Assembly: GCA_951406725.2 (NCBI GenBank) | Contig: OX597823.1 | Coordinates: forward strand, 38,564,001-38,628,000 | Direction of reading: 5' to 3' | Length of the DNA: 64,000 nt | Source of the DNA: Octopus vulgaris | Lineage: Eukaryota | In this document: in pieces, positions 11,781 through 23,600 of the stretch | How positions within the stretch are numbered: the first letter of the stretch is position 1 | Layout: every line of letters starts with the position of its first letter | Position numbers and translations under genes: made by a program | The notes under the pieces: generated by a model | Database searches by the model: none | What the model was told of the DNA's origin: nothing | Seen by the model: only the letters and a program-made list of their open reading frames with translations

Positions 11781-14565
11781 GATGTGATGTGTTTCTGCAC
11801 AGTTTCCATCTGTCAGATTCCATTCACAAAGTATTAGTTAACCTAACACTACATTAAAAAGAAGCTTGCCCGAAGTGTCATGCAGTAGGGACAAATTGGA
11901 AATTATGCATTTATGAATTAAATTTCTCACTCTAGCCAAGCCTGTCTTGTTACTAAGCTAAATATCATTGAAGCACTCTAAATATTATGGATATTAAACA
12001 GAATTTTACAAGCTCAGGTGTGGCTGTGTGGTAAGAAGCTTGCTACTTAACCACATGATTCCAGGTTCAGTCCCACTGTGTGGCACCTTGGGGAAGTGTC
12101 TCCTACTATAGTTTCAGGCTGGCCAAATCCTTGTGAGTGGCTTTGGTTGCCAGAAACTGAAAGAAGCCCATTGTGTGTGTGTCTTTGTGTCTGTGCTTAT
12201 CTCACCCACTGTTTGACAACTGTTATTGGTGTTTTTATGTCCTCATAACTTAGCAGTTCAGCAATAAGTAACCAATAGAATAAGAACCAGGCTTAGCAAA
12301 AAATTTAAGTATTGGAGGTCAATTCATTGATTAAAGATTCATCAAGGCAGTGCCCCAGCAAGGCCACAGTCTAATGACTGAAACAAATAAAAGATAAAAG
12401 ATAAATACAAAAATATAAATAATGTTTTTAACCATTAGACACAAAATCTCAGCTATTGTATGACAAAAGACAAATGTAACTAAGTGCATAAACATGACAG
12501 GTGAAATGATATCAAACAGGTATCAAAATTAGAGCAATGGTCTCAATTTACTGAGAAGTTATAGTCCCTCCTGCATACAAATGCCATTAAACTAAATATG
12601 ATACAGGTAAAAATGATAAAAATTTAGTTCTTTTTTTAATTTTTAAAGCAGTAATAATGTTATAAAATAAAAATATCTAATGAGAAGTAAAAAGTTTTTT
12701 ATTAATTAACCTTAAATTATAATTTCAAACATACTTTGTGCTACAGTTATTTCTTGGAGATCTTCTCAGTAAGTCATAAATAACTCTACTTCAAGCTTCC
12801 TTAGCTGAAAATAACCGCCACTCCTACTTTGTGACCAGTCACAACAAAAGGACATTTTTTAGTTATTCACGTGTAAATAGCTAAACTTCACAAATGTATT
12901 TGTACTTTTACTCATGTAGCAAGTGTATAAACGACTGTAAGATTTGATTTTGATTTTTTACTTTTTGATTATGTTTTCTACTCTTACTGATTACTATTAC
13001 TAATAATTATAATAATAATAATAATAATTCTTTGTAACACTACTACCTCCTTACACAATTAGGAGGTAAATCTAATGTTTAAAAATGTTCAATCATAACT
13101 GTTAATACTATGTACTTATTAACAGTATTCTGATAATAATTTCAATGTTAGTCACCTGTAAATTAACTGTTCAAATTTTATTTTTTAGAGTGAATCTATC
13201 CAAGCCAAGCTAACATAGAAACAACACATATTAAACAATCAAATTCATAAAGCAGAAATTTCCAAAGAAATTTTAAAATGAAGCCATTATATATATTTAG
13301 TTAATATCAATGTTAATTTTTTTCTTTTGTGGTTGCAAATTAACAAATTACATAAATTTCTCTAATTTGTTACAAACTTAAACCAATTTTGGTCATTACC
13401 TTATGAAGAGATTCATTGCTGTTAGAATACAATTATTTCTGTTTCTAATTATGTAACATTCTTTTCATTGATAAAACTTTGACTTGTATTCACACCGAAA
13501 CAATGTTCATCACTTGGAAGTCTATTTAAGTTTATGGTGTAGCACTGTAGCCCTCCCTCTCTCTCTCTCTGTCAGTGCATTACTATCATTTCCAACAATT
13601 TGTTTTGTATGCCGGCCTGTTGTTGCTTGGCCTGGTATTAGCTTGAAACTGAGTGGGGTTGCTTGCTAAACCAGTTTCTGTGTCATAGCTGACACTTGCT
13701 CTGTACTAAAATTCTTTCCTCTGATATATCTTCCTCCAGTGAATTACATTCAGTGGTTTATCCCAAACAGACTAAAATCTTACAGGAAAGCTCTCTTTAC
13801 TAGTAATACTTGGCTGGCAGTTTAATTAGTAAGAAGCTTTAATTACTATTCTTGTTTGCTCTAGGCGGTAGCAAAATGTTATAAGAATACTTAACATGTT
13901 GGGGGTGGGGGTTAAAAGCCAACTGTTAATATTGTCTAATTTATTTCTTACAGGCCTCTGATGAACCTTCTAGTGAGATCTCTGATGAAGGCAATGAAAC
14001 TGATTACAACAGCAAAATTAGTAGTAAGTATGCTTGAATTTTAAACTATCTCAGATAATTGTAATTGTGAGTACACTTTATATAAAGCAGGTATAAGGAT
14101 AGATACATTAGAGCATAATATTCATTTAATTATATCCAGAGATACCTAAAGAATGTTTAGTGATTCTTCTTGTTTTATCTCTAATTAGATTAAACAGATT
14201 GTTGACTCAAACCTGGACAGTTACCTGGAACATGAACCAACTCTTCAAGACATTTTTCTTAGTTACTGGTGTCTTAATTAAGAATAGTGTTTATTAAGGT
14301 TCTCAGATAAATTTCTCAATAGTTGTGTATGTATTTGAGAGATTTGTTTAAAATTAATAATCACCTAATACTTAAATGACCTAATAAAACTTCATGTTTC
14401 CAGTATTGGTCATAAACAGAAAACTGTTTACTGACATCCCTTTATTTATCACAGTTCTTAGATACTGTGTTATACAGTAATATCAGATTCCTTTGTTAGG
14501 AATATGAATATTTAGCAAGCAGTATTATGCAAAATTTCATAGTATTGCTAGCTGGGATAACTAAC

Positions 14566-14605
<40 letters not shown>

Positions 14606-14626
14606 CACACACATATATATATATAA

Positions 14627-14697
<71 letters not shown>

Positions 14698-17600
14698 TTA
14701 ATAAGGGTGAGAGAATTAGATACTAATTTAATAGTATACCTATTCAACACCAAGTGGCCCAGTGCCTCGAGAAACCTGGATTATTATAATATTTTATAAT
14801 ATATTATAATATTTTATACAAAAATAAATATAAGAGAGTGGTCACTATGTGGTTCACTCTAGCACTAGTAATAGATCCAATAGGTTTCAACCACAAAAAT
14901 ACATGTTTCCCATGAAAGTCAGTACGATTGTTAGCTCACACGAACAGGGCAAATAAAAAAAACAAAAATACAGATTATTTTGGGACAATTGTTTCGCTAT
15001 TAATGAATTAAATGTAATTTTACTCACAATAACTCACTTGTAGCTCCTCAGCCAAAACTATATATTTATATATATATATATATATTGTTATATTTCGGAA
15101 TGGTCATTATGCCAGTTTAGCCAATAATTATACAGGCTAGACTAACATTTTATCACTGACCTAGTTAAATATGACATACTCTGGTTGAACCATGTTACCC
15201 TGTCTTGGCTTTCTACCTCTGATTTGTATTTCTGTATGTGGAATCATATTCAACATTGATAACTTTTTAAAATGACTTGTAGTAAAATAGTCAAGTTACA
15301 AGCTAAATCCTATATTTTCTTAATTTATAAGATTGACATCATCCTAAAGGGTCTCTCTAGATAGAAGTGTAGCTTGTCTTGAAGTTTGTGACTTAAGACT
15401 ACAAGTTTTACTTCTACCAACTGCTAAATGTTTACTGAAAAACAATAAGCATGACATCACAGCTTGTCATGATGCAGTCTTCTAACTTGACAGTTCTTGT
15501 GAAACCATCCTATCCATGTTGCCAGCTTGGAAAGTGGACATTGAATGATGATATGGAATCTTATTTGATATATAAAACTGTTCTGAACATATTTACTATA
15601 TTGTTGTATGGCTAAATATCTTTGAAACATGCCTTAGATTAAACATTAAACTCAGTTCCACTAACAAACATTTAATAATCATACAATACAAGGCTTTATT
15701 TAAGATTTATTATTTTATGTTTGTTGTGCTAACAATTAGTGTACAGAAGACATAACTAGATCACTTAAATCTGTAGAAGTTGAGGAGTTATTCATTTTCT
15801 TATCAAGTATACGTTTACCAGAAGAAAACTGAATTTATTTATAATGATGATGTGAATGATGGTAATTTATCTGATTATTAAATATTGACTGACTGAAAAT
15901 AGTTGTAATGCCATTGACATAAGACCATTTCATTTCAGTGTCGGAAGGAGAGTTGTCTCGGTCCTTTCAGACAGGTCGACGTTCCAAGCTACCAGTTCCA
16001 AAACCCGATACAGGTGATGTTAGTCTGTGGAATCTTCTATGCAAAAATATCGGAAAGGATCTTACAAAGATTTCTATGCCTGTCACTTTAAATGAACCAT
16101 TGAGTTCTTTACAAGTAAGTGTTAATAATAATTTAAAATGTATACTTACATACAGCAAGGTTAAATGTATAACTTATGTCTATCTTCACTATACACATGG
16201 ACATCGGTAGTTACTGTGCAGAGGCAGGCCTGATTTTCTCTACAAATGCACCACAAGATAGAAAGTTCGCTTTTTGTTACTGTTATATAAGACTACCCTC
16301 AATTTTGGTGTTATTTTGGGGCTTTAAAAGGTTGTCTTATACACTGAAATGTACGGTAGTTAAAACTTTAAATACATGTTGTCTAAATACATATTTGCAT
16401 TGGTTGTACTTTGGTATATATAAAAAACAGTACTAAAATGGATGTTTCCTGCCACTTATATGTATATTCATATATAGTTATATTTTCAAAAAAACTATTT
16501 AGCTGTCTCACACAGCTCTGATTCTCAATGACTCTCCCTTACCTTTTGGCATTCCCTTTCCCATACTAACAAATCAATCAACGTTTTATAATAATTGCTC
16601 TTATTACGGGCACAGGTTGTATTGTTAAGAAGTTCACAGCTACATAGGCAAGTGTCTTCTACCACAGCATTGAGTTGACCACTAGCTCTTCAGTGAAATT
16701 TGGTAGACATAAAGTGTATGGAAACCCTGCAAAGAGACTAACTTTGTTTTGTTTTTTTTTATCTGTGACCAAGTTTAATACTACTCTCTGGCCATTGGGT
16801 TCCTTCACTGCAGTCCAGTCAGACTAGATCTGTGGTATGAAGATAACTTCTTCTTCTTACCATTTCAGAAGCCTTAAGTCATGGGTCTTAGCCTTCCTTC
16901 TGTAACCATATCACAAAAATATCTTTAATCTATTTGCTGAGATATTAGAATAAATACTAATACATACATATTTATGTTAGAATCATTTAATTTCATAATG
17001 GTCTGAGTACAAAACTCAACTTATGAGTGGAGGGTTGATCCTTATCTCTTAATGATGGATAGCAAATAGGTTTGGTTACAACTATATTCATTTTTGGTTT
17101 GATTGCAACTATACTTAATATTTGGCTTGGACTGGCTACAAATATCCTAACATTTATTTATGTATTTGTTTCAGCGATTATGTGAAGAATTGGAGTATAG
17201 TGAATTGCTGGATAAGGCCTCTGAATTTGATGATCCTCTAGAACGAATGGCAAGTGGTTTATATTATCAAAAAAAAATAAAGAATATTACAATTCTAAAA
17301 TTGTGAAACAATATTTAAAGTGTCACTACTTAATAACAAATGTTACTTTTGTTGTTTAAAAATTATCTCAAATTTGTAAATCTGTTTCATAGTTCTGAAA
17401 TATGGGTGTAAAAATCTATCAATAAAGCATCAAGTCTTTAATGTATTTGGCTAACATGCTTAACAAATGTTCAGTATCACTTTAAGGAATAAATTTATGT
17501 AAAATTAAACAATTTCTCTTTTGGTTAAAATAAAAAGGAAAAGTCTACAAATATTGTTTGATAAAATGATTTAATAATTTTTCGATAAATATATTAGAAA

Positions 17601-20600
17601 TTGTTATATGTATTTTCTTTTGTTTATTATCCAGATTTATTTAGCAGCATTTGCTGTCAGTTGCTATGCAAGCTCAGCACATCGTGCTGGTCACAAACCA
17701 TTTAATCCAATCCTAGGAGAGACATATGAATGTATTCGAGAAGATAAAGGATGGCGTTTTATTTCTGAACAGGTTAACTCATCTCACTTACATTCTCATT
17801 GCTTTATTGAAAGTTCAGTCTTAATTTTACTATTCTCTGAATCTAAATGTGATCTGTAGAATGCTCTAGCTTCAGATCATAACTTTATAGTGTGTGTACA
17901 TTTTTCAGAACTCATTTTCCAAAGCATAAGTCAACAAAGTATTCTGTCCAATGCTGAGTCTATTTAACATTCTCATGTCAGCTGCAACACTCCTTTAGTT
18001 AAACTGAGATAATATGAATCATAAAGAGAATAAGGCTATGTTAACTTTTATGGTATTAAAAGTCCATAACATTAGTAGCTAACAACTAATATCATTTGTA
18101 ACACTATTATCTCTGTAGCACATCAAAGCAGAATCAGTATACAAACTATAATGTTATAAACCTATTTATTCCTACACTGTAAAGTAAGTAGCGTTCTGTT
18201 GACCTCTTATAGGTATATATCAGCTAACATCTTACTAAACTGATCACCCAACTCAATTGTTTTCTTTGCATTAATTTATCTTTAAACCAAAATAACAAAG
18301 AAAAAGAAAAAGAAAAACAATTATGGAAGAAAGTAAATGCTTGTTAAATGTTTAATTAGTAAACTAAATGAAATACAGAATAGTCAACAGTTGTTTGGTG
18401 AGATAATAGTGTTGTATTTATTTATTCATTTATTTTATTCTGTCTATTTGTGTCAATGTCCTACCCATTCTCTTTTTGTCTTTATATAATTTCTCTTGAA
18501 GTATCTCCATATTGTATCATTCATTTACCTAGGAGAAAATTCAATAGAGTACAAGAAATGTCAAAGATAAAATCAACCCCTCTACTATAAGGCATTAATC
18601 TATGTCACATAAAACATTCAGTTTTGCTCAATGTTTTTTGGTATTACAATATAATCTTTTACTAGTTTTAGTCATTGGATAGCTGGGACATTACCTTTAA
18701 TCTTATCAACCCTGGGACACATTTAATGAGTCTCTGTTTTAATAAACCTGCTAAGTTATGGGGTATAAAAAGACACAACATATGCAACATCACCAGGTTT
18801 TAGATTAGGTTTTAACATAAACACACACATATGTATAGGCAATTGACATCTCAACTGCTCTATCACATTCCACTTACAAGGGGGTAGTCATACCATGACT
18901 AAAAGATACTTGCTCAAGGTGCTACCTGGTGGGATCTTAACCTCATAGCCATTGCACCTTTCAATATATTGCACTTAAAGACGATTAGAAATATTTGAAG
19001 ATGCTAATAAGTCTGCCTTGATACAGAGAAATCATGAACAGTTAGACTGAGATAACTTTGGGTTGGGAAAAAATATTTCAAGATCGATATGAATTATTTA
19101 TATTAATGATTATTTGAATTAATTTCAGGTTAGTCACCATCCTCCAATATCAGCTTGTCACTGTGATTCTAGAAATTTTATATTTTGGCAAGGTGAGTTA
19201 ATAGAATTTTTTTCATTCGTAATAATATTCTAAATTGTTTGACATTTGTTTTCACTATGACTGAATTTAGAATTTAATATTGAAGACCATGGCTTCAAAT
19301 ATCACAAAATTTATACAAATCATCTATAGTGATATCAGGGTTACCATTTTATAGTTGTAGTGTCAATTAAATGATACACTATAATTTAATGAGTATGAGA
19401 GAATGAGTGGTCACCATCTTGTACATAACAAGAAAATAGAAATTTGCGAGATGTTTGTGATAAGCCATAACATATTTATTACTGGAAGGAATGCGTTAAC
19501 ACATAAGGTTAATTGAAGTAAAGCTTGTAACATTACATGAATATATTCTGTTTGCAATCACATGTCTCCAAGTAAGTGAGGCAAACGTGCATGCAAGCTG
19601 GTGTGTAAATGCAATGGCTTCACCCAATGCATGTTGAAGAATCAACAGGCACTGAATGGCATGAATTTAGAAATTCCTTCCTTTATATAGGGGATGAACT
19701 GGAAGTCCCTGACTTCCACATAAACCGGAAGCTTCCAGAATGTTCAAGAACGTTCTAGAAGCTTGAGGGAGATTATTTTCATTAAATCCCTTTTCCGTTT
19801 TGCTTCCTGACTTGACTGCCAGGGTTCACTACACATCTCTTATTATCTCCCATAAAAAATGGCTGGAACACTTGCATTGAAATTTGCAAAAATGTTTAAA
19901 TTTATTTTTTCTTTTATATTGGTATGGTAAAAAAGAATTTCATGAGCAATATAAAAAGGAAACTATTCTACAGAAGATTGCTAATTCAACATAGTTTGTA
20001 TATTCTTAAGTATTAAAAAATTTTCTTAAATACTAATTAATTTTTAAAATTCTTTAAACTTGTTTATCTTTATTTATATATCTACGTATATCTACATGTG
20101 TGTGTATGTATGTATGTATACACGCACATCATTATTGTATCATTTGCATTTGTTCATTTTTCTTTTCAGATGTGCGAATAAGAACAAGATTCTGGGGGAA
20201 ATCAATGGAAATACAACCTATTGGAAATGTGAATGTCTTTCTACCTAAGTAAGAATATTTTGGAGTCTTTGTCTTAGAAAAATTAAGGGTTTTAGAAATG
20301 GCAGGAAGTGATATTGTACACTATATATATTTATTTGAGTTACATATTCAATCTTTTGCTTTATGTTTGTTTTCCTATGCGAGCATGGTTGGATGGATAC
20401 ATATTATCGATGTGTTGTTTTTACAGTCAAATGCTCTTCCACCTCCTAACCATTGACTGTGCACTTGTCTTTGAAAGTGCAGAGATACCCAGTATTTAGC
20501 AAGTTTCCATGTTAAGTAAAAATGTAAAGATACATACTCACATATATGCACATCCACATATATACATATAATCGGCTTCCACACAGTTTCCATCTACCAG

Positions 20601-23600
20601 ATTCATTCAGTAGACATTGGTCAACCTGGGGCTATAATGGAAAACACTACCTAAGGTATCATGCAGTTGGATTGAACCCCAGACCATATTATTGTATTGT
20701 GAACTTTTTAACCAAATGGCCACTTATGCACTATTTGACTTGGCTAAAAATATTGACAAATAAATACAAGGTGGTATCAAAAAGTTCCTGGACTAGTTCT
20801 GTAGCAAGCCAGCAGATGGCAGCACATGGTTGCATGTACTGTGAGAGCTAGCAGTGACCTCCATGAGGCAGTGTGCCAAGTGATATTGCTGTGCGTTTAC
20901 TTCACAAGTTGTGAAATTTGTGTTTTTGTGATCACGTGTATGCTGTAATCTGTGATTTTGTATGGACAGGAACAAAAAGACAATGTGAAATTTTGAGTTA
21001 AACTTGGGAAGTCTGCTGCAGAGACATTGAGCATTCTTTGGCAAGCTTATAACAATGAGGCAATGGGTTGTATGCAATGTTTTGAAACGCAGAAGAAAGT
21101 CCCTGGAAGATGACGAGCAATCGGGAAGACCTGCCATGAGTGTCAACCTGGAAATGTTGAGAAATGCATTAGCTTGTGCATGAGGATTGTTGGAGGACAA
21201 TCAATGACATTGCTGATGTTGTTGGTCTGTTATATGGGACTGTGCAGGCAATCCTAAGGTCTGAATTGAACATTTGGGGTGTCTCTGCCAAGGTGTCCCC
21301 CACCTGCTGACTCCTGAGCAGAAAGAACATTGCACTGAAGACCCATTCTTTATGTTGAGGATCATCACCAGTGATGAGAGTTGGGTCTATGGGTAAAAAC
21401 CCTGAGATGAAGCAGCAGTTATCACAGTGGAAGAGCCCTTCATCTCCATAACCAAAGAAAGCATGACAGAGCTGCAGCTCAGTCGAGTATGCTCATTATT
21501 CTTTTCAACATCCGTGGTATTGTACATTGAAAATTTGGCCCCCAAGGCCAGACCATCAATCGAGAGTTCTACTGCTACATTTTTGAAGCATTTGAGGGAG
21601 GACATTTGGCAAAAGTGACCAGATCTGTGGAGTGTGAAAAATTGGATCCTTCATGACGACAATGCACCCTGTCACCAAGCTCTTCTCACTCATGAGTTTC
21701 TCACCAAAAACAACATGATATCGCTTCCACACCCATCCTATTTGCCAGATTTAGACTTCCATCTCTTACCCAAGATGAAAATGCTGCTCAAAGGTCACTA
21801 TTTTAAAACTGTTGTCAAGATCAATAGTGAAATGCAGGTTCTTGAGCCAGTTACAGAAAATGACTTCCAAAAGTGGCAGGAAGCTGGGACCAGTGTATTG
21901 TTGCACAGGGTGACTCTTTCGAAGGAGATGGTGTTAAACCTTATGTAAATAAATTATTTTTCATTAAACATAACTAGTCTGGGGACTTTTTGATGCCATC
22001 TCATTTAATGAAAAAGTTGATGTCTTTGAGTTGTCGTGTTCCTTTCATTCTTATTTTTGATAGATTCATTTTCTGAGTCCATCCTAACTTGGAAATGATC
22101 ACTTTCTGAGTTTTAATAAAAATATAAATCAATATACTGCAAAAGTTTGAACTCTGAAATAAAAATTTAATTCATAAAGGATGAAAATAATAATAGTAGT
22201 CAAAACTGAAGTGGTACTGATATTTTTATAATCAACACAGTGTCACAAAAATGAGTCATGGACATTCAAATGTTTCACAGTATTTGATAGTGTTTGCTGA
22301 TTATTAAAGGATATACATATATAAATAAATAGACGCATGCATGTATGCATGCAATCATCCATCCAGCCATCAATCCATTCATGTATACAGGCATGTATTT
22401 TCCTGAATAGCTGTGTGACACCTTGGGCAAGTGTCTTCTACCATAGCCCTAAGCCAACCAAATCCTAGGGATGAATTTGGTAGATGAAATAGAGATACTT
22501 TGCTTGAAAAACAGGTAAATGTTAACATCAGAAAGGGTATCTAACTATAAAATAAATGTCCCATTCATATATTCACCTAACCCATCCTGGCATAGAAAAA
22601 TGGGTGTAAAAACAAATGAAAAATTATATGTATGTATGCATGCAATGTCTGTGCAAGACCCTGCCTCAGTAAAGCTGGACTCAAGAGTCATCTTCGTAGT
22701 CATAAAACAAGACAGATGAGTGACAACCTGGCCACTGGTGGTGGTGTAACACACCATACTAATCATATCTGTCAGGCATGTGGAAGAGAGTGTAATTCGG
22801 CAGGAGGACTTAAACGACATGCAAAGGTACATGAAGCCCAGTTACAACTACAGCCGGCTATTACCAGTAAAGGCTTTAGTTGCCAATTTTGTACAAGACA
22901 TTGTAGATCTTTAGCTGTGCTAAAAAGTCACATTCAATCACAGCACCAGTAACAGTTAAGCTTCGTGCAATGGCCATACTCAATAACGAGGGGGGCGCCA
23001 TAATGCATGCATGTATCAATCAGTGGGTTTGTTTACATTTGCTTTCTTCAAAAATCATAACGAGTAGTGTTAGTGTTTCTTCTGTTGTCAACAAATCATC
23101 CACTCATTTTTCCCCTTTGAAAATGTGTGAAATAAAAGATCCCTTACTTGGAAAATCAATGAGTACTAGTTACAGAAAGTAGTATATTTTCTATGCTTGC
23201 ATAAAAAAAAAACAGACATAAAATGAAAATTTGATTGAATGAAGGATTTATTATATAGATTGGCATTAATTTATTATATATCATATGGATGTCATCTTTG
23301 TGTAATATTGTACATTTACATAGTGATTCTCTCATGACTATTTTAGCATGTAGTACTGTGAAATCTATGCTTTGCTGAGGAAGTCTAATTATATTAAAAT
23401 GTCTCCCGCACTTAGAAGACTAATTAGAACAAAGATAGTCATTGATTAATGTTCACTTTCCTCTACTTAGTTTTGATTCTCACTCATGCCAACATGGAAA
23501 GTGAATGTTAAATGATGATGATATTTTAGTATATGAATTGTTTAGAAAACTCCTCAAAAGTTGCTGACTTTTGCTGCACAAAGTAATTGAGGAAATGTGT

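Noticed and set aside
12013-12090. tRNA gene
   Set aside because: A and B boxes are present but continue into a SINE body and tail; no complete cloverleaf.
13480-13900. Possible internal promoter or alternative exon for a short ORD-only ORP isoform
   Set aside because: The sequence looks non-repetitive, but I found no convincing exon boundaries or promoter motifs; this cannot be supported without transcript data.
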